Below are positions 36,547 through 46,141 of a DNA stretch of 64,000 nucleotides, piece by piece. The notes under the pieces are model-generated. The model saw only the letters and a list, made by a program, of their open reading frames with translations. It was not told where the DNA came from and ran no database searches. The position numbers were made by a program, and so were the translations under genes. How positions within the stretch are numbered: the stretch's first letter is position 1; each line of letters begins with the position of its first letter. Source of the DNA: Cyanobacteria bacterium P01_A01_bin.123 (GTDB lineage: Bacteria > Cyanobacteriota > Cyanobacteriia > Phormidesmidales > Phormidesmidaceae); contig JBCBZT010000033.1 in NCBI GenBank assembly GCA_039815185.1, forward strand, positions 27,838-91,837. Direction: 5' to 3'.

Positions 36547-39500
36547 ATGCATCCCTATAAAACTGGGGCGTTGGGGTTTAGTTACACTGCGCTATCAAAG
36601 CAAGGAGAGAGTCTCATGAGCTGTCCTCGGTGTACGCATTGGCTACAGGTGGGGTTGGTGTTGCTCACAAGCAGCTTCGCTAGTGTGGCCCATGGGGCAG
36701 TGATTGATACGTTTGGTGAGCAAGATCTAGCGGGTGAAACCGTCGAGACGCTAGTAATACCATTGGCGACCAATGAAGTGTCTCCAACGTCACCCGTAGA
36801 TGGTGCAACTAACAGCACATCTATCGAACAGGTCATTCCCTTACCTAATCAACTATCAGGGGAGACAGAAGTTGATCCTGTTGAACCGAACGCTCAAGGA
36901 TCTACTGAGGGCAATGGAGTTGAGGACAGGGCAGATTTGTCACCAGCTTCCCCTTCTACACCTCAAGATGAGGTGGATATGCAATCTGAGGACATAGGGG
37001 AAGATGGCCTTCCAGATGGGGCGCTGCCAAGAATGCAAGTATTTGAACCTACCGCTAACTATGAACCAGTAACTATTATCGATGGAACCAATTTTCCAGA
37101 TGGCGCATTGCCAAGGTCGCGGGTGTTTGAGCCTGCCATGGATAGGATAACTGCCCTTGACATTGAAGATGAGGTGTTAATTGCCCAGATTACGCCGGAT
37201 GACACGCTAGGGGATGAAAGGTCTGTTCTAACACCTGAAGTCGAGGTGCGAGGATTGCCTGCAGATTTGGTTGAGGGGGGTGCAGCGCGGGAGAGCAACT
37301 TATTTCACAGCTTTTTAGAGTTCAATGTGGATGCTGGTCAGCGAGTTTACTTTGCCAATCCCGTCGCGATTAGTCGCATTTTTAGTCGAATTACGGGGGG
37401 CAATCCATCAAATATTGACGGACTTTTGGGAGTTGATGGCGCTGCCAGTTTGTATTTGCTGAATCCGAATGGGGTCATGTTTGGGCCAGAGGCGAGTTTA
37501 GATATTGCAGGCTCGTTTGTGGTGAGTACAGCTGAGGGGTTTGGCTTTGAGAATGGCAGTGAGTTTAATGCGGTTGCACCGGGGGATGGATCGCTGTTGA
37601 CGGTGAGCGTACCGTTGGGGTTACAGGTGGGACCTGCACCGAGGGATGACTCAGTGATTGCCAGTCAGGGAACTCTTGCAGCTGGGCAAGATTTGATGCT
37701 GTTTGCCGATGAAGTGCATTTGCAGGGGCAGATTTTTGCGGGTGGAAATCTAACGCTATATGGTGCCGATACAGTTCTGGCCCGCGACAGTGTAGATACC
37801 CCCTTTATCGCCTTTGCAGGTGAAGACTTGCTGGTACAGGGAAATAAGCGGGTTGATATTGTCGTCCTGAGTCATCCAGAGAGTGGGTTATTCTCTGGTG
37901 GAGATATGGTGCTGCGGTCTGCAAACCGGGTGAATGGAGATGCCCACTACTGGAGTGGCGGCAATTTTCAAATCGAAGCGTTAAGTGGAAATTTAGGAGA
38001 ACTATATAGTCCTATCGATCCTATTATTCGTTCTTTTGGCAATGTTAGCTTTGAAAGTTATGAAGGCACTTCATTACATATATTAGCTGGCGGGTCAGTT
38101 AGCATTACCTCTGTAGAAATCACCGATTCAGATCCAGGCATTTTGAACATTGACTTTTTAAGAGAGAATATTTTGCTTTCAGATGGTCAAACACAAGTCA
38201 ACGTTGATGGAGGTGCTCGCCCGACGCTTGATATTCGGGCAGGCGTAAGCACTAATGCGATTGGCTTTGAAGCAATGTTTCCAACCGGCTTTGATTTCCT
38301 TCGCGATAGATTCCCCGAAGGATTTCCCCAGAGCCAAGGTCTTCCTGTAAGAGCAGACATAACTATTGCCAACGCTGCGATAATTCCAGCTAATGGGCAA
38401 ATTCTATTGACAAATCAATATCAACCTAATCCATCTCAAGACGGAAACATTAACATATCGGGCGGAATTGGCCATAACGTTAACTTAGATCCTAATGGCT
38501 TCGGGACAGCCAGTCCTGACTCAGGAATATTTATTGACTCACGCGGCAATGTTCAGGTAGGAACCACAGATTTCTTTACTCGAATAACAACAGCTGCAAA
38601 TGGAGAAGTTGGTGACATTACCATACTCGCCAATGGAATTTTTAATCTGCTAGATACGGAGATGCTTTCTGCACTCGTTGACACCGGAACAGCCGGAGAT
38701 ATAACTGTGAGAGCAAATGAGATTGACATCATTAACACTCGTGGTATCTCAGCACAAGGAAGCTTGGGTGACTCTGGCAATATCTCATTTGAATCCGAAG
38801 ATATCTTTACTTTTAGAAATGGTGCCATATCAACTGCGGCATCTCTATTCTCCAACGGTAATGGTGGAGACATAACCATATTAGGCAGTGAAATTTATAT
38901 TGGAGGGGTACTTGATGGAATAAGTCAACCAGTCAGCATATCATCAAGCATTTTTGGAGATTCTCAAGCAACTGCAGGTGACATTTTAATCGGCGATGAA
39001 AATACAACAGTAGTGGACATCTCTGTTACAGGAATAAATGCAGGCTTCACACCTTCTGATGACGTAAAGACTCAATTGCCAGGGATTGGAGGGAGTATTT
39101 CTATCCGTGCAGATAATGTGTTCATTAGCTCATCTACGATTAATACAGATACTGGAGGTGTTGATGGTCAACCAGGAGAACCGGGAAATATTTTACTTCA
39201 AGGTCTCGAATCAATCGTTTTAGAAGACAATGGATCATTTGGTCTCCAATCTCAGACATTCTTTGACATCTCTGCATCAACAACCGGTACGTCTAACGCA
39301 GGTTCAATTACTGTCGACGCTCCTTTGGTAATTGTAGATAACACTACAATTGGAACGCTGAGCGATCCGGTTTTATTTGATGCATCAAGTCAACCGGGAG
39401 ACGGGGGTATCGTTAGAATTCTCGCTAGTGAGCTGCAAGTTATTAATGAATCAGAAATAAGCGCTTCAACGCGTGGTTCTGGAAACGCTGGCTCCGTGAT

Positions 39501-40365
39501 TATCGAAGATGCAGATATTGTTCGATTTGATAATAGCTTTGCATCAACGGAAGTCGGTTCAGAAGCTTCAGGAGACGGCGGTGTTGTGAGGGTTTCTGCT
39601 CGTCTTGTTGAATTGGTTAATGGTTCTGAAATCCGTGCAACCTCAACCGGGCAAGGCAACGCTGGAAATGTCATCCTTAGCATTGATGAAACCTTACGAG
39701 CTGTCGATGGCAGTGTGCTGACCAACGCTGAAAACACTTCAGGTGGCGCAATTGATATCTCAGCCAGTGTTATTCGCTTGCTTGGCGATAGCGATATCAC
39801 CACTTTTGTGAACGATGGTGATGGCGGTGGCGGTAGCATTACCATTAGATCTGATTCCGTCATCGCCTTTGACGACAGCGATATCCTGGCTTTTTCGATA
39901 GATGGGCGTGGCGGCAACATTACCATTGAAGCGCCCTATTTCTTTGGCGATAGCTTTGAGCCTGCACCACCGAACACAGATCCCCGCACGCTAGATAACA
40001 ATGATCGCGTTGATGTAAACGCCAGTGGTGCCGTCAATGGTGTGATCGATATTCCCGATGTCTCTCTCATCCAAAACAACCTATCTGAACTCGCCGACAC
40101 GTTGGTGGATCCAAACACGCTTACTGCCGGTAGCTGCATTGCCCGCACTGATCAAAGCGACGGCTACTTCATCACCACGGGCACTGACGGCCTCCCTCTC
40201 CGCCCCAATGATGCCGCCGCTTCCCAATTTCCTGCCGTCGCAGTCCAACCCATCCCTAGTACAGATAACCCCCTCGTCTGGCAACCCGACGCCCCTATCA
40301 TCGAACCCACTGGAGTCTATCAACTCGAAGATGGACGCATTGTGTTGAGTCGAGGGTGTTCGTAG
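36547..40365 (+). CDS. Filamentous haemagglutinin-family TpsA exoprotein 1 (start may be 36616)
   Basis: NLFHSFLEFNV, YFANP, SRITGGNPSNIDG, LLNPNGVMFG TPS domain; beta-helix repeats; C-terminal SCIAR...DGRIVLSRGCS tail. Confidence 0.92.
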   Translation: MHPYKTGALGFSYTALSKQGESLMSCPRCTHWLQVGLVLLTSSFASVAHGAVIDTFGEQDLAGETVETLVIPLATNEVSPTSPVDGATNSTSIEQVIPLPNQLSGETEVDPVEPNAQGSTEGNGVEDRADLSPASPSTPQDEVDMQSEDIGEDGLPDGALPRMQVFEPTANYEPVTIIDGTNFPDGALPRSRVFEPAMDRITALDIEDEVLIAQITPDDTLGDERSVLTPEVEVRGLPADLVEGGAARESNLFHSFLEFNVDAGQRVYFANPVAISRIFSRITGGNPSNIDGLLGVDGAASLYLLNPNGVMFGPEASLDIAGSFVVSTAEGFGFENGSEFNAVAPGDGSLLTVSVPLGLQVGPAPRDDSVIASQGTLAAGQDLMLFADEVHLQGQIFAGGNLTLYGADTVLARDSVDTPFIAFAGEDLLVQGNKRVDIVVLSHPESGLFSGGDMVLRSANRVNGDAHYWSGGNFQIEALSGNLGELYSPIDPIIRSFGNVSFESYEGTSLHILAGGSVSITSVEITDSDPGILNIDFLRENILLSDGQTQVNVDGGARPTLDIRAGVSTNAIGFEAMFPTGFDFLRDRFPEGFPQSQGLPVRADITIANAAIIPANGQILLTNQYQPNPSQDGNINISGGIGHNVNLDPNGFGTASPDSGIFIDSRGNVQVGTTDFFTRITTAANGEVGDITILANGIFNLLDTEMLSALVDTGTAGDITVRANEIDIINTRGISAQGSLGDSGNISFESEDIFTFRNGAISTAASLFSNGNGGDITILGSEIYIGGVLDGISQPVSISSSIFGDSQATAGDILIGDENTTVVDISVTGINAGFTPSDDVKTQLPGIGGSISIRADNVFISSSTINTDTGGVDGQPGEPGNILLQGLESIVLEDNGSFGLQSQTFFDISASTTGTSNAGSITVDAPLVIVDNTTIGTLSDPVLFDASSQPGDGGIVRILASELQVINESEISASTRGSGNAGSVIIEDADIVRFDNSFASTEVGSEASGDGGVVRVSARLVELVNGSEIRATSTGQGNAGNVILSIDETLRAVDGSVLTNAENTSGGAIDISASVIRLLGDSDITTFVNDGDGGGGSITIRSDSVIAFDDSDILAFSIDGRGGNITIEAPYFFGDSFEPAPPNTDPRTLDNNDRVDVNASGAVNGVIDIPDVSLIQNNLSELADTLVDPNTLTAGSCIARTDQSDGYFITTGTDGLPLRPNDAAASQFPAVAVQPIPSTDNPLVWQPDAPIIEPTGVYQLEDGRIVLSRGCS

Positions 40366-40413
40366 TCCTACTCAACGCATTCCAGAAAAAATTAGCAGAT
40401 TGTCATTAGCCAA

Positions 40414-40446
40414 ACTGATCCTGCTCATGGGGTCAGTCCATTTTTG
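40414..40446 (+). terminator. Probable intrinsic terminator
   Basis: ACTGATCC/GGGTCAGT stem followed by a T-tract, after tpsA1. Confidence 0.45.
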
Positions 40447-40627
40447 TTTGACTATGAATCAGGGACACAGCAACCTGATTGCAGTTTTCTGTCAGTGGGA
40501 TTTCTGATAGGGACATTTATCGTTCTGAAAGCAGTCAGTAAGTTTACAGAGACTGTAAATGCACTAGATTAATCGGGCTTGTAATCTATTTATTATCAAG
40601 CCCAAAAGGTTCTAAGAGAGCAGAGAA

Positions 40628-40867
40628 ATGAGCAGCAAGAAGAGGCGAATTCAGCGCCAAACTGCCAATGCGAAAATTGGCAGCATCACCCAAGTCGGCA
40701 GAGATTTCACCAATGCCAAACATATTCAGGTTGAAGTGTGGATTTCTGTTGTCTTTATTACCATCCTTGCAATCTCTGCAGCTACTTTAATTCGGCTAAA
40801 AGGAGAGTTTTTCCCGGAAATAGAAATTCAAACAAATTCGGAAGAAATCAGCACTGACTCAATTTGA
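40628..40867 (+). CDS. Small membrane protein with QVGRD motif
   Basis: 79 aa; basic N-terminus, ITQVGRDF, one hydrophobic helix; N-terminus resembles that of the next gene. Confidence 0.65.
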   Translation: MSSKKRRIQRQTANAKIGSITQVGRDFTNAKHIQVEVWISVVFITILAISAATLIRLKGEFFPEIEIQTNSEEISTDSI

Positions 40868-40930
40868 AGCTTAGCCTTTGGAGTTCTGGCATTCAGACAC
40901 CCGATTGAGCACGCTTTTGGAGACTGTGAA

Positions 40931-41503
40931 ATGAGCCCTAAAAAGAAGCATGAAGTCGATACAATCATCTCTCAAGATGGTACTGCCCAGAAAAAGCTAG
41001 TTCAAGTCGGACGCGATTACGTTCGCTATTTGCAAATACAGTTAAGTTCCGGCAACTGGAAAATGATCCTTGCTAACTTTCTGGCTTTAGCCTTAGTGGG
41101 CCACGGCATCACAAATAGCATTCACTCATTTCTACTTGCAAGTATTAAAATTCAAGTTGGAAGTCAACTCTGTTCTGCTGAAATTAATCGGCTCAGTCTC
41201 GAAATTGCTCAAGCAGTTGCTCGTGAGAGCGAAGCACTCTCTGATGAAGAAGTTAAAACCATTAACGCAATTCATAGCGCCCAACCACTGGGATTTAACA
41301 GTCCGCCAGATTCAATCGCTAAAGATCGGCTCATCCTTGAACTTATAGAACTGGTAGAACATCTCTCAGAGTTGACTAAGTTAATAGTTGATGAAGCCAG
41401 AATCTCAATTGAGGAAAAGAATCATAATCGCAATGAATCAGTTGAGCCTTTAAATGAAAATGGTGAAGATGCTCAAGCACTGGGTGTAGTGCTTACAGAT
41501 TGA
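40931..41503 (+). CDS. Hypothetical membrane protein with QVGRD motif
   Basis: 190 aa; LVQVGRDY followed by a hydrophobic segment and a helical C-terminus. Confidence 0.7.
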   Translation: MSPKKKHEVDTIISQDGTAQKKLVQVGRDYVRYLQIQLSSGNWKMILANFLALALVGHGITNSIHSFLLASIKIQVGSQLCSAEINRLSLEIAQAVARESEALSDEEVKTINAIHSAQPLGFNSPPDSIAKDRLILELIELVEHLSELTKLIVDEARISIEEKNHNRNESVEPLNENGEDAQALGVVLTD

Positions 41504-41719
41504 TCTAGACAAAGCTTTCTGAAAAGGAATAGTTATAAAAGCGCGATCGTCTTCCTGGTGAAATAGCATATCGCGTTGAGTCTCTGTGTGGCGCGAGTAA
41601 TACCAATAAACACCATGCCTACCCAGCATATTTTCAATCAATCTAATGATGATTTTTGCTTGGGAAACTTGATCGCTAAAAAGCAACCTGAAAAATAATT
41701 GACAAATCGGAGAACCAAA

Positions 41720-44700
41720 ATGAAAACACTCACAGGTATCGATTCAAATCAACTAGATGTAACCGAATCTGAAATGCTTAATGCGTTTAATGTCCAACCC
41801 AAAATCATTCTTGGCCCCGACGATCGCACAAAGGTTAGTGACACAACTATTTATCCTTGGAGCAGCATTGGAAAAATCACCATGCAGTTCCCAGATGGGA
41901 AACAATATCGTGGCTCTGGTGCAATGATTAGTCCCTATCATTTTCTAACAGCAGGGCACAATATCTATGATTCTGATAAAGGCGGATTCTACGAGGGCGC
42001 TACGGTTGCCCTAGGTCAAGAGGGTGATACGAAGTATTTTGGGGAAGCCGTCGTCACACGTTACCTTACCTCTCAAAAGTATGTTGATGATGAAAATCCT
42101 GGTTACGACTGGGCAATTCTGACCCTGGACCGACGCATTGGAAATTTTACAGGCTGGATGGGTACCCATGCAGCTAAAGGATCTTTTCTAAAAAATCTAG
42201 ACGTGATAACGGCGGGATATCCCGCCGATAAATTTAATGATATGTATCAGGCTTTGGGTCAAATTCAGAAAGTAGAGAAACGACAGATTTTTTATCAAGA
42301 CACGCTAGATACCAATGGCGGTCAAAGTGGAAGTCCTGTTTGGTACTACAAGGATGGTGAACCTAAAATTGTCGGCGTTCATGCTTATGGAGGCGTGAAA
42401 GATGGTAATTTTAATGCGGCTACTCGGATCCGGGGTTATCACATTGACTGGTTTAATAAACTGTTAGAAGACAAACCTGGCGAGGATCAAGATTTTGTTG
42501 ATATCATACCCGTTGATAGATCTGACTTAGTAGATTACGATGAGTGGTTTGATACTGATTTTTCGTATATTTCTACTACTAACGTTACAGCTGGCGACCC
42601 ATTTAAGGTCAGGTCTGTAGTTCGCAATAACGGAACGGCTACTGCCAACAACTTTGTTGTTTCTTTCTTTGCTTCAACTGATGCAACCATTAGCCCCTTT
42701 GACAATCATATCGGTGACGTAACGGTTCCATCGCTTAATCCATTCGATTGGTCTGATGCAGTCTGGTCAGGTGCATTTCCTCGTATGCAGGAAGGGGAAT
42801 ATTACATTGGCTGGCTGATTGATTCATTAAACACTCAAGAAGAATTTATCGAGGATAACAACACAGGTATACTGCCTTCTAAACTGGTTGTTAACCCCAA
42901 AGATGAAGAAGTCTTTGGCGGGGCTGGTGACGACACGATTTATGGGTGGGGAGGTGATGACAAGCTATACGGGCTTGCAGGCAATGACTTGCTCGATGGG
43001 GGCATAGGCGATGATTTTCTCGATGGGGGCATAGGTGCTGACACCTTAATCGGGGGTGCAGGAAATGATATCTATCGCATTGATGATGTGCGTGATGTTG
43101 TTATCGAAAAAGCAAATGACGGGCATGATCTTGTCGAAGCCAATCTTACCTACAGGCTGGGAGAGAACTTAGAAGATCTGACCCTCATAGGAACTGACCC
43201 AATTGATGGTTTTGGTAACAGTCTCAATAATCAACTTATTGGCAACGATGGAGACAACCATTTAGAGGGCCAAGATGGTAATGATGAAGTTTACGGCGGG
43301 GCAGGTGACGATAACCTCAGTGGCGGCACGGGAAACGACACCTTACATGGCGACGAAGGCAGTGACCACCTGCATGGAGATGCTGGTAATGATGTCCTTA
43401 TAGGTGGCGCAGGGAACGATACTGTCTACTATGAAGGCTCCCCTGGCAATGTCATCGTCAATTTGAGCAAAGGTGAAGCCATTGATGGCTATGGCACAGC
43501 CGACACCATTAGCGAAGTTGAAAACATTATCGGTTCCGATTTGGGTAACGATACCCTGATTGGCGATGAAAACAACAACCGTCTTTGGGGTGAAGCCGGG
43601 GATGATCATCTAATGGGTAAAGCCGGAGATGACTACCTTAACGGTGGCCCCGGAAACAACATTTTGGATGGTGGAGCAGGTTTTGACAGAGCTTCCTATG
43701 CCGATGTTGCTGGCAAAGTCCTGGTCAATATGACGACCGGAATTAACTCAGGGTCTGCCGGTGGCGATACATTCATCAGCATCGAGGGGATTGAAGGGAC
43801 TGAGTATAACGATCGTATGGTTGGGGACGAACTCGATAACTGGCTCGGTGGTTTAGGCGGCCATGATGCCCTCGATGGACGTGGTGGAGATGACACCCTC
43901 AATGGGGGTGAAGGCCGCGATCGCCTCACAGGGGATGCAGGCAACGACAACCTCAACGGAGATGCGGATGACGACAGCCTTGATGGCGGCGAGGGTAGTG
44001 ATACCCTATCGGGTGGCACTGGGAACGACATCTTAGATGGTGGTGACCAAGCAGATGAACTGTTTGGTGATGCCGGGGATGATTTGCTAGAAGGGGGCGC
44101 AGGCAACGATCTGCTTGATGGCGGTGCCGGGGATGACATTGCCTATGGCGCTGCAGGCAATGATGACCTGTTCGGTGGCGAAGGAGAAGACTATCTCGAA
44201 GGCGGTGAAGGTAACGACACTATTTCAGGCGATGATGGTGCTGATATTTTAGATGGATATGTTGGTCAAGATGACCTCGACGGGGGTGCAGGCGATGACA
44301 TCCTCAATGGCGGTGACGGCAATGACACCCTAGCTAGCGGTACGGGTAGCGATCTATTGACTGGTGGTGGTGGCAAAGACACCTTCATCATCCGACCAGG
44401 CGATGGAACAAACACCATCACAGACTTTGACGGCATTGGTACCGGATCCAAGCCTGATACAACAACCCTAGCCGAAGCTGATATCCTTCAGTTTGAAGGT
44501 GAGGGGATGACCGCTCACAACATGTTGCTTACCCAAATCGGAGAAGACTTGCTCATTTCCTTCGAGGGCATGAGTGACACGCAAGTCATCTTGCAAAACT
44601 TCGCCCTTGAAAATCTAGACAACATTGCCTCTGGCCCTGGAACTACGAGTGACAAAGGCAATATTTTATTCTTACCTACAGCCCCAGAAAATAACGCGAA

Positions 44701-45262
44701 TCAATTTGAAGATGTGTTTGATGTTTTCAATGCAGATTGGGAAAAGGACTCAATACTCCATCGCAATAGTGTTACTTTCTTAAATGATTTAGACAATGAT
44801 ACGAATGGATTAGACGACTCAGATGACGTCATCAATGGTTTGGGTGGCGATGACAAGCTTGATGGCTTGAGTGGTGATGATTTACTACGGGGTGGTGATG
44901 GCAATGACCTCCTTGTAGGTGGATACGGTGACGATCTGCTCCACGGCAATGCTGGGGCTGACACCTTCGCTTTCCAATCGGTGAAACAAGGCGTAGATAT
45001 TATTGCTGATTTCAATTCGGCACAAGGCGATACTATTCAAATTTCGGCACAAGGCTTCGATGGAGAGCTTCAATTAGGGGTTCTAGATGCTAGCTACTTT
45101 GCATTAGGGGTTGCTGGTGATGATAACGATCGATTCATCTACAATCAGGCGACAGGAACACTTTCCTACGATGCAGATGGGACAGGTTCGTTAGGTGCGG
45201 TTAATTTTGCCAAATTGGCACCAGGCACTAGCCTCAATTACACCGATCTCGTTATTGCCTAA
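41720..45262 (+). CDS. Trypsin-like (V8/glutamyl endopeptidase-type) serine protease with CARDB-like domain and RTX Ca-binding repeats
   Basis: IILGPDDR, LTAGH, YDWAIL, TNGGQSGSP triad motifs; many GGxGxDxL nonapeptides; RTX-type C-terminus. Confidence 0.92.
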   Translation: MKTLTGIDSNQLDVTESEMLNAFNVQPKIILGPDDRTKVSDTTIYPWSSIGKITMQFPDGKQYRGSGAMISPYHFLTAGHNIYDSDKGGFYEGATVALGQEGDTKYFGEAVVTRYLTSQKYVDDENPGYDWAILTLDRRIGNFTGWMGTHAAKGSFLKNLDVITAGYPADKFNDMYQALGQIQKVEKRQIFYQDTLDTNGGQSGSPVWYYKDGEPKIVGVHAYGGVKDGNFNAATRIRGYHIDWFNKLLEDKPGEDQDFVDIIPVDRSDLVDYDEWFDTDFSYISTTNVTAGDPFKVRSVVRNNGTATANNFVVSFFASTDATISPFDNHIGDVTVPSLNPFDWSDAVWSGAFPRMQEGEYYIGWLIDSLNTQEEFIEDNNTGILPSKLVVNPKDEEVFGGAGDDTIYGWGGDDKLYGLAGNDLLDGGIGDDFLDGGIGADTLIGGAGNDIYRIDDVRDVVIEKANDGHDLVEANLTYRLGENLEDLTLIGTDPIDGFGNSLNNQLIGNDGDNHLEGQDGNDEVYGGAGDDNLSGGTGNDTLHGDEGSDHLHGDAGNDVLIGGAGNDTVYYEGSPGNVIVNLSKGEAIDGYGTADTISEVENIIGSDLGNDTLIGDENNNRLWGEAGDDHLMGKAGDDYLNGGPGNNILDGGAGFDRASYADVAGKVLVNMTTGINSGSAGGDTFISIEGIEGTEYNDRMVGDELDNWLGGLGGHDALDGRGGDDTLNGGEGRDRLTGDAGNDNLNGDADDDSLDGGEGSDTLSGGTGNDILDGGDQADELFGDAGDDLLEGGAGNDLLDGGAGDDIAYGAAGNDDLFGGEGEDYLEGGEGNDTISGDDGADILDGYVGQDDLDGGAGDDILNGGDGNDTLASGTGSDLLTGGGGKDTFIIRPGDGTNTITDFDGIGTGSKPDTTTLAEADILQFEGEGMTAHNMLLTQIGEDLLISFEGMSDTQVILQNFALENLDNIASGPGTTSDKGNILFLPTAPENNANQFEDVFDVFNADWEKDSILHRNSVTFLNDLDNDTNGLDDSDDVINGLGGDDKLDGLSGDDLLRGGDGNDLLVGGYGDDLLHGNAGADTFAFQSVKQGVDIIADFNSAQGDTIQISAQGFDGELQLGVLDASYFALGVAGDDNDRFIYNQATGTLSYDADGTGSLGAVNFAKLAPGTSLNYTDLVIA

Positions 45263-45320
45263 ACCAGGCTGCATGGGCAGGGTCAGATCCTAAAATTGGC
45301 ATTGCATCTCCCTGCCCCTT

Positions 45321-45424
45321 TATAGCAGTAGTCACAAAGTTTTCTGCGCGACTGCGAGCCAGATTACTTGTAAACAGCAACTTTAACGATATTCAGTACA
45401 TTAAGCAATCTAGTCAACGCTATA
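45321..45424. repeat. ~104-bp MITE-like/structured repeat (third copy)
   Basis: TATAGCAGTAGTCACAAAG...GCGACTGCGAGCCAGATTACTTG...AAGCAATCTAGTCAACGCTATA, homologous to 9183-9287. Confidence 0.8.
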
Positions 45425-45495
45425 AATTCTGCGGATCGAATTTTCAAAGAGCCTTAACTCACTATCTTCCATTTTCATGAGGAGAATCAAACATT

Positions 45496-46074
45496 ATGGA
45501 AATAAGAGGTCATTTCTCAGAATTTCCGCTTCCTGAATTACTTCAGTTCCTAGAGCGGCTGAAGACAACCGGATGTTTGTTGTTGCATATCTCTTCTAAT
45601 CACTATGTGGAGCTCCAACCCCAGTGTTACGTAGTCTGGCTAGATCAAGGGAATATTGTTTCGACACATCGTAAGAGCCATCAACAAGATGTCTATACAC
45701 TCGCTGTACAGAAGGAATGGGTGAGTCCATTTGTGGCTAAAAAACTGAAAGCGCGATCGCCCCAAGGTATTGCAGCTGGACTGTATTTAGAATCGCAAGG
45801 AATTTTGAGTTTTGAACAGCTCCGATTACTATTCTTCAGTGAAGTTGTGCATCGTGTTGAGTCCTTGTGTGATGTCCGCAATGCCACATTTGAATTTCGA
45901 ACAACTGTTGCCCTACCTATGAATGAAATGACGGGATTTAGAATTCCTGCTACTAAGTTGGCAGCATATGGCATACAAGGATGCCATATAAATCAGTTCA
46001 GAGGAGCTTCAAAAAGTCGCAACAGACAGCCATACCCAGAAAAGGCTTCCTACGTACTAAAAGGATTTGCGTGA
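45496..46074 (+). CDS. DUF4388/PATAN-type domain protein
   Basis: MEIRGHFSEFPLPELLQFLERLKTTGCL...VWLDQGNIV signature. Confidence 0.85.
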   Translation: MEIRGHFSEFPLPELLQFLERLKTTGCLLLHISSNHYVELQPQCYVVWLDQGNIVSTHRKSHQQDVYTLAVQKEWVSPFVAKKLKARSPQGIAAGLYLESQGILSFEQLRLLFFSEVVHRVESLCDVRNATFEFRTTVALPMNEMTGFRIPATKLAAYGIQGCHINQFRGASKSRNRQPYPEKASYVLKGFA

Positions 46075-46141
46075 ATCATCACTCAAAAACTTCGCTAAGC
46101 TTAGTTGCGATTTCAGGACATTAAAGCATCTCTCAAAAACT

